Made by a program: the position numbers and the translations under genes. From an uncultured Verrucomicrobiae bacterium (GTDB taxonomy: Bacteria > Verrucomicrobiota > Verrucomicrobiia > Opitutales > JABDGR01), in assembly GCA_963765205.1 (NCBI GenBank), contig CAVXVB010000005.1:256001-320000 (forward strand): a DNA stretch of 64,000 nucleotides, given 5' to 3'. A model generated the notes under the pieces. It had not been told where the DNA came from. It searched no databases and was given only the letters and a program-made list of their open reading frames with translations. Below, piece by piece: positions 43,132-55,493 of the stretch (its first letter is position 1; every line of letters begins with the position of its first letter).

Positions 43132-43818
43132 TTATCGCGCCCGGGCGCGGGCAGCCCCGGCGAGGAAGTTGCGGTAAAGTTGCAGTCCCTTGGCCTGGCT
43201 TTTTTCCGGATGGAACTGGGTAGCCAAGCAGTTTCCACGCCGGACGGCGCTCGGGAAAGCGTAGCCATATTCGGTTTCGCCCCAAACCAGCGCGCGGTCG
43301 GGCGTCTCCGCGTGGAAGCTGTGGACAAAGTAGAATTGGTCATTAGCCGGGCTAATGCCAACTAGCGCCGGGTCTGAAATCCCTGGGGCGGCATCATTGG
43401 GCGCGCGCCAGCGGACGTTGTTCCAGCCCATGTGCGGGATTTTATAAGGCGCAGGTAGTTTGAAGCGCACCACCCGGCCGGGGAAGATGCCCAAGCCCGG
43501 CGTGTCGCCTTCCTCCGAATGTTCGAAGAGCGCCTGCAAGCCCAGGCAAACGCCGAAGAACGGCCGGTCGGCGGCAATCCAGGCGCGGATGGTTTCATCA
43601 AGGCCGGTTGTCTTGAGCAGCCTCATGCAGTCCATGATCGCGCCTTGGCCGGGGAAAACGAGCGCGTCCGCGGTCTGCGCTTCCGCGGGCGTGGTGACGA
43701 GGCGCGGCCGCCCACCCACGCGCTCGAAGGCGCGCAGCACGCTGCGCAAGTTGCCCATGTCGTAATCGATCACGGCCAGGTCCAGCGCGTCAGTCGGAAG
43801 TTCGGGTGCGGCATTCAT
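43132..43818 (-). CDS. hisH: Imidazole glycerol phosphate synthase, glutaminase subunit
   Basis: [36 protein letters not shown]. Confidence 0.96.
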   Translation of the reverse strand: MNAAPELPTDALDLAVIDYDMGNLRSVLRAFERVGGRPRLVTTPAEAQTADALVFPGQGAIMDCMRLLKTTGLDETIRAWIAADRPFFGVCLGLQALFEHSEEGDTPGLGIFPGRVVRFKLPAPYKIPHMGWNNVRWRAPNDAAPGISDPALVGISPANDQFYFVHSFHAETPDRALVWGETEYGYAFPSAVRRGNCLATQFHPEKSQAKGLQLYRNFLAGAARARAR

Positions 43819-43934
43819 GATGTTTGCCAAGGAGGCATCTTTCCCAAAAGAAACCCCGTGGTCAATGCCGCCGTGATTCACCCCTGGCACAAGCCTGATT
43901 TGACCACGCGGCGATAATGGTATTGAAAGTCGCC

Positions 43935-45096
43935 ATGATGATTCGCGGGTTGATTTTCATGATGGGACTGGCCGCTGCCGCGCCGGCCGTCGCCGCCCAG
44001 CCCCCGGTCGCCGACATTTCCGCCCTGCTGGAGCCAATCTGCGCAAAATACAATCTGCCCTGCCTGGCCGCGATGACGATCAAAGGCAGTCAGATCATGG
44101 CCCAGGGCATTGTCGGCGTGCGCAAGGCCGGCTCGCCAGAGCTGGCCACGCTGGCCGACCAGTTCCACCTCGGCTCCGATACCAAGGCCATGACGGCCAC
44201 GTTGATTGCCATTTTGGTTGACGAAGGAAAATTGAAATGGAGCACCACTGTGGGCGATATTTTCGGCGAAGTGTATCCCAAGATGGATCCCGCCTGGAAG
44301 CCGGTGACCCTCGAGCAATTGCTCACCCACCGCGCCGGCGCGCCCGCCAACCTCGATGTCGGCGGCCTGTGGTCCCGGCTCTGGGAAGAGAAAGGCTCGC
44401 CGCTGGCGCAGCGCCGGCAATTGGTTGAGGGCGTCGTGACGATGCCGCCCGTGAACAAACCAGGCTCCACCTACCTTTACTCGAACGCAGGCTTCGCCAT
44501 CGCGGGCGCCATGGCGGAAAAAGTCACCGGCGAATCTTGGGAAGATTTGATGCGGGAGCGGATTTTCACGCCTTTAAACATCACTTCGGCGGGCTTCGGC
44601 GCACCCGGCACCGCTGGCAGGGTTGACGAACCATGGGGCCACACCGCAGACGGCAAACCCATGGACCCCGGCAACAAATCTTCGGACAACCCGCCCGCCA
44701 TCGGCCCCGCCGGCACGGTGCATATGACACTCGCGGATTGGGCGAAATTCATCTCGCTACATTTGCTCGGCGACGCCGCCAACCCCTCCCGCCAGGTTAA
44801 GCTGCTCAAGCCCCAGGATTTTGACCAACTGCACCGCCCCGCGGCCGGACCGGGCCAATCCTACGCCTGCGGCTGGATCGTCACTACCCTCCCGTGGGCC
44901 AAAGGCAGCCAGCCCGGCGACACCGGCCGGTACCCTGACCCACGAAGGCAGCAACACGATGTGGGTCTGCGTCGTTTGGATCGCGCCCGAACGCAACCTC
45001 GCCTTCCTCGCCGCCACCAACCAAGGCGGCGACGACACCGCCGGCGCCGCCTGCGACCAAGCCATCGCCGCGTTGATCCAGCAGGCGGGCCGGTGA
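43935..45096 (+). CDS. Secreted serine hydrolase (class C beta-lactamase family), frameshift near 44930
   Basis: SxxK (SDTK), LLTHRAG, YSN; HEGSN in a second frame. Confidence 0.85.
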
Positions 45097-45210
45097 GGGC
45101 AACGGTTTTACCGCGGGTGGCATCCACCTTAACCGCGACATCCGTGCAATCCGTAGTTCAATCCCTTTAACCGTTTCAACGCCTTTACGTTTGGCGTTCT
45201 CGCGTAAGCC

Positions 45211-45810
45211 TTACGTCAGCAACCCCTTCGTGCTCGGCAGGGCACCGCTGGCGCGCGGGTCAATTTGCGTGGCGGCGTCGAGGGCCTTGGCGAAGGCCTT
45301 GAAGATGCATTCGGCGATGTGGTGCGGCTCCTCGCCGTATTCGAGCGCGATGTGCAGGTTCGCGCCAGCCGCGTTGGCGAAACCCTGGAAAAATTCCTTC
45401 ACCAGCCCGAGGTTGAAGTCACGGATCATCAAATTTTCTGCTGCGACCTTGTAAACGAGCACCGGCCGGTTGCTCAGGTCGAGCGCCACCCGCGCCAGCG
45501 ATTCGTCCATCGGCGCGATGAAAAAACCGTAGCGGCGCAGCCCGCGCTTGTCGCCGATGGCCTCCTTGACGGCCATCCCGAGCACGATGCCCACGTCCTC
45601 GACCGTGTGGTGGTAATCCACGGCCAAGTCGCCGCGTGCCTTGATTTCGAGGTCGAACAGGCCATGCCGCGCGACGAGGTCCAGCATGTGATCAAGAAAC
45701 GGGATGCCGGTGTCCACGGCGGATGTGCCGGAACCGTCGAGCGCGAGCTTGAGGGAGATTTTGGTCTCCTTCGTGTCGCGTTTTATCGAGGAGGTGCGGG
45801 TTGGAGCCAT
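45211..45810 (-). CDS. hisB: Imidazoleglycerol-phosphate dehydratase
   Basis: RDTKET, FLDHML, HHTVED, PMDE, HHIAE, PSTKG. Confidence 0.97.
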   Translation of the reverse strand: MAPTRTSSIKRDTKETKISLKLALDGSGTSAVDTGIPFLDHMLDLVARHGLFDLEIKARGDLAVDYHHTVEDVGIVLGMAVKEAIGDKRGLRRYGFFIAPMDESLARVALDLSNRPVLVYKVAAENLMIRDFNLGLVKEFFQGFANAAGANLHIALEYGEEPHHIAECIFKAFAKALDAATQIDPRASGALPSTKGLLT

Positions 45811-46907
45811 GAGTCGAGGGCGGCGCCGAGGGCCGCCATTTCCTGGTCGGTGCCCATGCTGACGCGCAAGGCGGCGCGCGTCAACGGATGTTTCCCGAAA
45901 TAGCGCACCAGGATTTTCCGGCTTTTCAGGTAGGCAAACAGGTCTTCCGCAAGGGCCGGGCCGGTCTCCCCGCGGGCTGTGGCCGGCTCGACCAGGACGA
46001 AATTCGCCTGCGATGGATAAGCGAACCAGCCCAGCTCCCGCACTTTCTTCAAAAACGCCTCGCGGGTCCGCACCACGCGCGCGATGGTTCCGTCGTAATA
46101 GGGCAAGTCCCCGATCGCCGCCAGCGCCGTCGCCTGCGCGAGGCGGTCGAGGTTGTAGCTGTCGCGCGCGCGGTCGAGCAGGGCGATGATTTCCGGCCGC
46201 GCCAGCGCATAACCCACGCGCGCGCCGGCCAGGCTGTAGGCCTTCGAGAAACTGCGCGCCACCACCACCCGCGGGAATCTTTTTGGCAATTCCGCCGCAT
46301 TCTCCCCGGCAAACGGCGCATAGGCCTCGTCCACCACCAGAATCCCGGAGAGCTTCCGCGCGAGTTGCGCGATCCGCGCGGTCGCGAAACCCACCCCGCT
46401 CGGCGCATTGGGTGAGGTGAGGAAGAAGATGTTCGCGCCGCAGTTGGCTACGCCCGCCACATCAAGGTGGAAATCTTTGGCAAATGGAACCTCGCGCAGT
46501 TCGGTGCCCTGCAATCGGGCCAGCACGGGATACAGCGAATAACTCGGCGTCATCATCCCGGCGGCGCGGCCCGGTCCGGCGAAGACGCGCATCAGCAAAT
46601 TCAAAATATCATCCGAACCGTTCCCCGCCAGAATCCAGTCGGCGGAGACGCCGTGAAATTTTCCCAACGCCTCCCGCAAGGTTTTGCTGGTGGGATTCGG
46701 ATAGAGCCGCAGCCGACCGGCATCCTTCCCGATTTCCTTTTTCAACGCCGCCACGACCTTTGGACTCGGTGGATAGGGGTTCTCGTTCGTGTTTAACTTT
46801 ATCCACCCCGCGCCTTCTGGTTGTTCGCCCGGCGTATAAGCCTGCATCGCCGCCACGTTTGCGTTGGCGAATTTTAGAACGGAGGCGGTTGAAGCGACTG
46901 AGGCCAC
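45783..46907 (-). CDS. hisC: Histidinol-phosphate aminotransferase
   Basis: [42 protein letters not shown]. Confidence 0.95.
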   Translation of the reverse strand: MASVASTASVLKFANANVAAMQAYTPGEQPEGAGWIKLNTNENPYPPSPKVVAALKKEIGKDAGRLRLYPNPTSKTLREALGKFHGVSADWILAGNGSDDILNLLMRVFAGPGRAAGMMTPSYSLYPVLARLQGTELREVPFAKDFHLDVAGVANCGANIFFLTSPNAPSGVGFATARIAQLARKLSGILVVDEAYAPFAGENAAELPKRFPRVVVARSFSKAYSLAGARVGYALARPEIIALLDRARDSYNLDRLAQATALAAIGDLPYYDGTIARVVRTREAFLKKVRELGWFAYPSQANFVLVEPATARGETGPALAEDLFAYLKSRKILVRYFGKHPLTRAALRVSMGTDQEMAALGAALDSWLQPAPPR

Positions 46908-46925
46908 TGAGGCGACAAGAGGGGT

Positions 46926-48218
46926 TTACAAACGGGTTCGCAAACTTTCGCCATGCGCCGGCAAACTCTCCAGCGCGCTGAAGGCGGCGACCACCGGCGC
47001 GGCGCGGCGTAGGCTGCGGGCGTCGTATTGCACGACGCTCGAACGGCGCAGGAAATCCGCCACGCGCAGGCCGCTGAAAAAACGTCCCGTGCGTCCCGTC
47101 GGCAGTGTGTGGCTCGGGCCGGCGGTGAAATCGCCGAGCACCGTCGGGGTCCGCCCGCCGAGCAGCAGCGCGCCTGCGGTGGTGATTTTTCGCGTCAGTG
47201 CGCCGAGCGCCGCCGGGCGCACTTGCAGTTCAAGGTGCTCTGGCGCGACGTAATTGGCCACGGCAGCCGCATCGTTTAAATTTTGGGCTTGGACGGCGAC
47301 GAAGCCGTGCCGCAGCACATCCGCCAGCCGGTTGCTGCGCGCAAATTTTGCCGCGCGTCGTTTGACTTCGACGAGGATTTCCGTCAGTCGCTCGCGATTG
47401 GTGCTCACGAGATAAAGGCGCTCCTTGCCGGTGCCATGCTCGGCCTGCGCCAGCAAATCGAGTGCGACCCATTCCGCTTTGGCCGAGGCATCGCACAGCA
47501 CCATCACTTCGCTCGGGCCGGGCAGCAAGTCCACGCCCACCGTGCCGAACAACTGGCGTTTCGCCTCGATGGTGTAGGCGTTGCCCGGGCCGCACAATTT
47601 GTCCACCGCCGGCACCGTCTTCGTCCCGTAGGCAAACGCGCCCATGGCCTGGATGCCGCCCATGCGATAAACCTCCCCGATGCCGCACAGCGCGAGCGCC
47701 GCGAGCAGCCCGGGATGCGTGCCGCCTGTTTTGTCTGGTGGCGTGCAGACGGCGATTTCGCGCACGCCCGCCATTTGTGCGAGCACCGTGGTCATGATGA
47801 CCGTGGAAACCAACGGCACCTGCCCGCCGGGCACATTAATGCCGACGCGGCGCAGCGGATAAAAATTTTCTCCGACGATCGCCCCGTGTGGGTTGTGCGC
47901 CCGCCAGTTCCTCGGCAGGGTCTTTTTGTGGAAGGCGCGCACGCAACGAATGGCCTCCGCGAACGCCGCCTTTTGCGCGGCTGGCGCGCAGCGGGCCGCG
48001 GCGGCAATCTCCAGCGCGCTCACCCGCAGGCGTGTGGGCGGCACGTCCACGCCGTCGTATTTGCGGGTGTATTGGCGCACGGCGGTATCGCCGCGGCGGC
48101 GGACGCCCGCCAACATCCTTGCGACCTGGCGCGCGAGCGCGGCGTCGGGCTGAGCGCCAACGCAGAAAGTTGCAAGTTGGCCCCAAAAGCGGGGTGCGTT
48201 GGTTTCCAGAACGAGCAT
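46926..48218 (-). CDS. hisD: Histidinol dehydrogenase
   Basis: GPGNAY, PGPSE, AQAEHG, APEHLEL, GPSHTLPT. Confidence 0.96.
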   Translation of the reverse strand: MLVLETNAPRFWGQLATFCVGAQPDAALARQVARMLAGVRRRGDTAVRQYTRKYDGVDVPPTRLRVSALEIAAAARCAPAAQKAAFAEAIRCVRAFHKKTLPRNWRAHNPHGAIVGENFYPLRRVGINVPGGQVPLVSTVIMTTVLAQMAGVREIAVCTPPDKTGGTHPGLLAALALCGIGEVYRMGGIQAMGAFAYGTKTVPAVDKLCGPGNAYTIEAKRQLFGTVGVDLLPGPSEVMVLCDASAKAEWVALDLLAQAEHGTGKERLYLVSTNRERLTEILVEVKRRAAKFARSNRLADVLRHGFVAVQAQNLNDAAAVANYVAPEHLELQVRPAALGALTRKITTAGALLLGGRTPTVLGDFTAGPSHTLPTGRTGRFFSGLRVADFLRRSSVVQYDARSLRRAAPVVAAFSALESLPAHGESLRTRL

Positions 48219-48224
48219 GGGGCC

Positions 48225-49097
48225 TCAATTGGTTTTTAAGGAGGTTGGCAGGCTGGGCGCAGTCGGCGCGGTGGTGGTTTTTGGCTTCGCGGCGGAACCG
48301 GATTTGACCAGATCCGTCAGCAAGGGCATGGCGAACAGGCGGTCATCCAGCGGCTGGTTGACGATGATCTTGTCAAATTGGATGGTCTGGAGGAGATCGC
48401 CATTTCGATTGTAGCTATGCAAAATTTTAGGAAAGACGATGCCGTTCACGGTCAGGGCGCCTTCTTCGACGAATTCGTCCCCGGTCGGGTCGAGCACGGT
48501 GCCGCGCAACTGGTTGGTCGTGCGGTCAATATAGCGCACGTAGGTGAAGCTGTCGGGATAGTGGAACGATATTTTCCAGCACGGGAAGCCGCGGTATTGC
48601 GCTTCGCCGTCCAGCGACACCGTGGCGCCGCGGACGTGTTCAAACGCGCGGAAGAAAAACAGGTTCTCCATGCTCGTGTAGGTGTTTTGCATCTCCTCGG
48701 GCGACTTGAGCACGCCCAGGGCCTTGTTGTTATTCTTGTCAATATTGAGGGTCCACCCCTCAAGGCCATCCGAACCTTGGATGTAGATGGTTTGGTCGGT
48801 GCTGCGGATTTCAGAGTGCTGGCGTGCGGGCTTCTTGAAAATGATGAGGATTTGGGCGAGCGGTTGGTTTTTACTGTCGGTCACCTTGCCTGCCAGCACG
48901 AGGCTGCTGACGCCGGCCAGCTTCTTCTCTGGCCCGAGCGCGGAGCGCGCCAGGATGATAACGCGCTCCTCGGGCGTGGCGTTGGCCGGAATCACCGGCC
49001 CGGCCGGGGCGCCTTTCCCGCACCCACTCATGAGCAACGCCACCAGACCCGCCAAGACCGCCCGCGACCAGAACCGGGCGCGGGGTCGGTGGGTCAT
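48225..49097 (-). CDS. Lipoprotein, possible LolA-like/lipoprotein-sorting fold
   Basis: Lipobox LMSGC; C-terminal VNQPLDDRLFAMP. Confidence 0.6.
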   Translation of the reverse strand: MTHRPRARFWSRAVLAGLVALLMSGCGKGAPAGPVIPANATPEERVIILARSALGPEKKLAGVSSLVLAGKVTDSKNQPLAQILIIFKKPARQHSEIRSTDQTIYIQGSDGLEGWTLNIDKNNNKALGVLKSPEEMQNTYTSMENLFFFRAFEHVRGATVSLDGEAQYRGFPCWKISFHYPDSFTYVRYIDRTTNQLRGTVLDPTGDEFVEEGALTVNGIVFPKILHSYNRNGDLLQTIQFDKIIVNQPLDDRLFAMPLLTDLVKSGSAAKPKTTTAPTAPSLPTSLKTN

Positions 49098-49297
49098 GCA
49101 AAGCAGGGTAGCCACAGGCAAAGGGAATTTGACCATGGCACAATCCTTCCAGCGTGACAAGGACGGATGCGGCTCCGCCATCGGCAATGTGCTAACAAAC
49201 GCAAAATGACTTCTGCGCCACTGCGTTTGTCCCCTTGGCCTGTCTTGGCAGTGAACAATTGCCGCTTGCCAAGATGGCGTGGGTGCGTTTCTTTTGA

Positions 49298-50413
<1,116 letters not shown>

Positions 50414-50426
50414 GCGATAATTTTTG

Positions 50427-50492
50427 AACCACGGAGAACACGGAGAAAGGAATGCATAAAACCTGTCTGTGTCCTCGGTGTCCTCCGTGGTT
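50427..50492. repeat. Inverted nonamer arrays (ACACGGAG family) between gap and pgk
   Basis: AACCACGGAGAACACGGAG ... CTCGGTGTCCTCCGTGGTT. Confidence 0.85.
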
Positions 50493-50507
50493 AAAATTCT
50501 TTAACCT

Positions 50508-51710
50508 ATGCCTCGCACCAAAACCATCAACGACGTGAACCTCGCCGGGCGGCGGGTGTTCGTCCGCGTGGATTTCAACGTGCCTTTCGACGAGAAGGGC
50601 AACGTGTCGGACGATACGCGCGTGGTCGAGTCCCTGCCGACCATCAAACTCTTGATGGCGCAGGGTGCACGCGTCATCCTCGCCAGCCACCTTGGCCGAC
50701 CCAAGGGCAAGCGCGATCCGAAGCAATCCCTCCAGCCGGTTAAAGTTGTGCTTGAAAAGCATTTGGGCGTGCCCGTTTCATTCGCGGATGATTGCGTGGG
50801 TGCCGCCGTGGAACAACAAGTGGCCGCGCTGCAAAACGGCCAAGTGCTCCTGCTCGAAAACGTGCGTTTCCACGCCGAGGAGGAAAAAAACGACCCCGCC
50901 TTCGCCCAAAACCTGGCCAAACTGGCAGACGTTTACGTTAACGATGCCTTCGGTTCCGCCCACCGCGCCCACGCTTCGACCGCCGGCATCGCCGCGCATC
51001 TGCCCACCCGCGTGGCCGGTCTTTTGATGCAGAAAGAACTTGCCTTCCTCGGCGAAAAAACGGCCAATCCGGTGCGCCCGTTTTGCGTCATTCTTGGCGG
51101 TGCCAAGGTCTCCGACAAAATCAAGGTCATTGACGCCCTGCTCGACAAGGCCGACGCCATGATTATCGGCGGCGCGATGGCTTACACCTTCGGCCTCGCC
51201 CTCGGCAAAAAGGTCGGCAAGAGCCTCACTGAGCCGGACAAAGTGAATCTGGCGAGCATTGCCCTGCTCAAGGCCCAGACGCGCAGCGTCAAATTGCTGC
51301 TGCCCGTGGACAATTTAATCACCGACAAGCTCGACTTTGCCAACGCCCAAGTCGGCGCGACCCAGATTGTCGAAGGCGACATCCCCGACGGCTGGGAAGG
51401 GGTGGACATCGGCCCGCAATCCATCGCGCTTTTCAGCGCGGAAATCGCCCGCGCCAAAACGATTTTGTGGAACGGCCCGATGGGCGTCTTCGAAATCAAA
51501 GCCTGCGCGCTGGGGACTTTCGCCGTGGCGAAGGCCATTGCGGAGAACTCCGGCGCGACCTCGATCATCGGCGGCGGGGACTCGGTGAAAGCCGTCAAAA
51601 AGAGCGGCCAAGCCGCCAAAGTCTCCTTCATCAGCACCGGCGGCGGCGCCAGCCTCGAATTCCTCGAAGGCCAGGTCCTGCCTGGCGTCGCGTGTCTCGA
51701 AACTGTTTGA
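50508..51710 (+). CDS. pgk: Phosphoglycerate kinase
   Basis: RVDFNVP, SHLGRP, NDAFGSAHRAHAS, STGGGASLE. Confidence 0.98.
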   Translation: MPRTKTINDVNLAGRRVFVRVDFNVPFDEKGNVSDDTRVVESLPTIKLLMAQGARVILASHLGRPKGKRDPKQSLQPVKVVLEKHLGVPVSFADDCVGAAVEQQVAALQNGQVLLLENVRFHAEEEKNDPAFAQNLAKLADVYVNDAFGSAHRAHASTAGIAAHLPTRVAGLLMQKELAFLGEKTANPVRPFCVILGGAKVSDKIKVIDALLDKADAMIIGGAMAYTFGLALGKKVGKSLTEPDKVNLASIALLKAQTRSVKLLLPVDNLITDKLDFANAQVGATQIVEGDIPDGWEGVDIGPQSIALFSAEIARAKTILWNGPMGVFEIKACALGTFAVAKAIAENSGATSIIGGGDSVKAVKKSGQAAKVSFISTGGGASLEFLEGQVLPGVACLETV

Positions 51711-51714
51711 ATTG

Positions 51715-51778
51715 AACTACCGAGCACACGGAGAACACGGAGAGGATTTTATCCATTTTCTCCGCGTCCTCCGTGGTT
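51715..51778. repeat. Inverted nonamer arrays (ACACGGAG family) between pgk and tpiA
   Basis: AACTACCGAGCACACGGAGAACACGGAG ... CTCCGCGTCCTCCGTGGTT. Confidence 0.85.
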
Positions 51779-51843
51779 AAAAGACAGACTATTTCTTGCT
51801 CGCCCTCCGTGGTCCGCCACCCATAATTTCGCTTTTTCCGCCC

Positions 51844-52635
<792 letters not shown>

Positions 52636-52696
52636 TTCAAAGCGCACACTTGATTCGGATCGTTAACACCGCTCACTCTTTGCCGCCAGCCAGGTC

Positions 52697-52792
52697 TCAA
52701 TGCTGTAAATACGCGTTCACGGCCAACGCCGCCAGCAGCAGCAAGGCTGCCAGCGCCCGCGCCTCCGCCCGGGTCAACTCGAAGTAATGCAT
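52697..52792 (-). CDS. Candidate 31-aa single-TM small protein
   Basis: MHYFELTRAEARALAALLLLAALAVNAYLQH*; GC3-rich codons. Confidence 0.4.
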   Translation of the reverse strand: MHYFELTRAEARALAALLLLAALAVNAYLQH

Positions 52793-52895
52793 TTCAGGAA
52801 TATTTTGACGCGTTCCCGCGAGCAGGAAAAGCAGATTTTTTTGGTCATTAATCCTTTGCGCTCTTCGTGCCTTTGCGGTGAATTATCTCGAAGCC

Positions 52896-53402
52896 ATGTT
52901 CAACTTCCTGCTCCGCGCCCTCAGCGGCCCCGTCAGCGGCGCCCAGCCGCTGGCCCTCGGTGTGCCTGCGCCCGCCATCTCCGCCACCAACCAGGACGGC
53001 AAGACGGTGAATCTGGCCGACCTTTTTCAGAAGGGTTATGTTCTCGTATTCTTTTATCCCAAAGCTTTCACCCCCGGCTGCACCGCCGAAGCCTGCAGCC
53101 TGCGCGACGCCTTCGCCGACTTCGCCCAGCGCAATCTTACCATCCTGGGCGTCAGCCACGACTCCGTGGCCACTCAAAAAGCCTTCGCCGCCGCGCACCA
53201 ACTCCCCTTCGACCTGCTTGCCGACCCCAAGAGCGACCTCTACAACGCCTTCGGCGTCCCCGGCCTCACCCGCCAGTCGTTTCTAATCAAAAACGGCCTA
53301 ATCATCTGGCGCGCCCTCAGCGCCTCGACCGACCAGCAAGCCGCCGACGTGAAACAAGCACTCGCCGCCGACCGGGGCAATGCAACTTCCGCCCTAAAGT
53401 AA
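52896..53402 (+). CDS. Peroxiredoxin (Bcp/PrxQ type)
   Basis: FFYPKAFTPGCTAEAC. Confidence 0.9.
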   Translation: MFNFLLRALSGPVSGAQPLALGVPAPAISATNQDGKTVNLADLFQKGYVLVFFYPKAFTPGCTAEACSLRDAFADFAQRNLTILGVSHDSVATQKAFAAAHQLPFDLLADPKSDLYNAFGVPGLTRQSFLIKNGLIIWRALSASTDQQAADVKQALAADRGNATSALK

Positions 53403-53435
53403 ATCCATCAGAAGATCAGGTTTCGCTCATAATGT

Positions 53436-54386
53436 TCAAAACCCCTTGATCTTGAACAAACCCGTCACCGACTCGTTGCCGTGGATGCGTTGGATGGCCA
53501 AGCCGAGTAGTGGCGCGACCGTCAGCACCGTGATGGGCAGGCCGTGCGTGTCAATTGGCGTCGTGTTGGTCGTGATCAGTTCATCCAGCGGTCCGCCGCG
53601 CAGGCGTTCGAAGCCGTGTTCGTTGAGCACGCCGTGGGTGACTGCCGCGCGCACGCTGGCGGCGCCACGCTCTTTGATTAGCTTGGCTGCGGCGGTGAGC
53701 GTGCCGGCCGTCTCCGTCATGTCGTCAATCAGCAGCACGTCCATCCCGTCCACATCGCCCACGAGGTTGACGGCCTCAACCTTGGTCGAGGACACGCGGC
53801 GTTTGGCGACGAAGCCCAGCGGCGCGCCCAGCATATCGGCGTAGGCCGCGGCCATCTTCATGCCGCCGACATCAGGCGAGATGACCATCAGCTTTTCGAG
53901 TTTTTTATGGTTCTTCAGGTAATCGTAAAAAACTGGCGAGGCGTAAAGATGGTCCACCGGAATGTCGAAGAAGCCCTGGATTTGCTGCGCGTGTAAGTCC
54001 ATCGTCAAAATGCGATTCGCACCGGCGGCGACAAGGAGGTTCGCGACGAGCTTGGCGGTGATGGGCACGCGCGGTTGGTCTTTGCGATCCTGCCGCGCGT
54101 AGCCGTAAAACGGCAGCACCGCCGTGATGCGCGCCGCTGACGCCCGCCGGGCCGCGTCAATCATGATGAACAACTCCATGATGTGGTGGTTGGCCGGGCT
54201 GCAAGTGGACTGGATGATAAAGACATCGCCTCCGCGGATGTTCTCGTTGATTTTCACGAACGTCTCCCCGTCCGGAAACGCCGTGACGGTCGCCTGGCCG
54301 AGTGCGGCTCCAATGCTATGGCAAATTTCCTGGGCCAGGGCGGGGTTCGAGTTGCCGGAAAAAATTTTGAAGGGAGTTTCGTTCAT
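53436..54386 (-). CDS. prs: Ribose-phosphate pyrophosphokinase
   Basis: FPDGE, YGYARQDRK, DLHAQQIQGFF, SPDVGG. Confidence 0.97.
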   Translation of the reverse strand: MNETPFKIFSGNSNPALAQEICHSIGAALGQATVTAFPDGETFVKINENIRGGDVFIIQSTCSPANHHIMELFIMIDAARRASAARITAVLPFYGYARQDRKDQPRVPITAKLVANLLVAAGANRILTMDLHAQQIQGFFDIPVDHLYASPVFYDYLKNHKKLEKLMVISPDVGGMKMAAAYADMLGAPLGFVAKRRVSSTKVEAVNLVGDVDGMDVLLIDDMTETAGTLTAAAKLIKERGAASVRAAVTHGVLNEHGFERLRGGPLDELITTNTTPIDTHGLPITVLTVAPLLGLAIQRIHGNESVTGLFKIKGF

Positions 54387-54488
54387 GCGGAAGGCGGGCG
54401 CCCCGCCATTGCTGGCGCACTCCCGCGCAAAAGGCAACAGTTGAGTGACAACGCCGAAAACGATCCCCCGGTGCCATGGCGCCCCCTG

Positions 54489-55481
54489 TCACGGGCTGGC
54501 TGGCGCGTTGTCCTCAACCACTGTCCAATTTTTATCCGGGTCAAATACCGTCATCGCGGCGGCGGCTTCCGCGCTCTGTTCGCCGAGGTTGCGCTGATAG
54601 ACCTTGCCGTTCTGGTTGACGATGAAGGTCATGATGCCCGAATCGCCCCAATGCGCGGGATAGGCCACCAGGGCAAACCCGGCGACCATGTTGCTGTTGA
54701 TGACGTAATTGTATTTTCCACCCGGCGCGTCCGGGCCTTGCTCCTTGAGGATTTTGAATAGATAGCCATGGAACGGAACGGTGCGGCCCAACGGCTTTTC
54801 ACCATCGTAGCCTTCCTCGAACGCGTTGGCCACGAGTGGGCCAAAGGGGCTGAGTTCTCCGTCGTCGCCCGGCTCCCAATACAGGCCGTCATGGTGGCCC
54901 GGGGTGCTGTTCAAGCGTTGCGCGTAGCTGAGCACGCCGTCGCCGTCGTGGTCCTGGCTGGCGTAGACGTGCTGCGCGTCCACATAAGTGCGGCAGACGC
55001 TGATGGCCGTGAGTTCGTCCATGCCGATACGGCGGTTGAGAATTTCCTCCTTGCCTGCAACCGTGTCAAAAAACCATTTTCCCTGGGCGCGCACGAGCGG
55101 AATCGGAAACGGCCAGTTTTCCGCCCCGATATAGAGCACGACTTTGTCGTCATTGACCGCGACGGGGTTGCACATTTTCGCCACGTTCTTGGAAAAATTT
55201 CCAAACTCGACGGCGTCTTGCGTGGCGTCGCCGGACAGCAATTCCGTGACGGCGGGGCCAAAAATGGCGCGCACCGCGGCCACGTCCTTGGCCTGCGTGG
55301 CGTCAGTCAGGGCCTTTACTGCATCCGCGGGCGAATCAAAAACCTGTGCTGGGGGCGTGCTGGACAAGGGCGGTGGGGCGCTTTCCACCAGGGAAGGCGT
55401 CGGCGTCTGTGCGCACGCCCCCAAAACCAGCCCACCGAGAACTGGCAGGAGGAGATGGCAAACAAGCCGGAAGTTTTTCAT
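54489..55481 (-). CDS. DUF2950-family lipoprotein
   Basis: LGAC lipobox; NWPFPIPLV, EEILNRRIG, DGLYW, PFHGYLFKIL. Confidence 0.85.
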   Translation of the reverse strand: MKNFRLVCHLLLPVLGGLVLGACAQTPTPSLVESAPPPLSSTPPAQVFDSPADAVKALTDATQAKDVAAVRAIFGPAVTELLSGDATQDAVEFGNFSKNVAKMCNPVAVNDDKVVLYIGAENWPFPIPLVRAQGKWFFDTVAGKEEILNRRIGMDELTAISVCRTYVDAQHVYASQDHDGDGVLSYAQRLNSTPGHHDGLYWEPGDDGELSPFGPLVANAFEEGYDGEKPLGRTVPFHGYLFKILKEQGPDAPGGKYNYVINSNMVAGFALVAYPAHWGDSGIMTFIVNQNGKVYQRNLGEQSAEAAAAMTVFDPDKNWTVVEDNAPASP

Positions 55482-55493
55482 GACGAAGATTTT

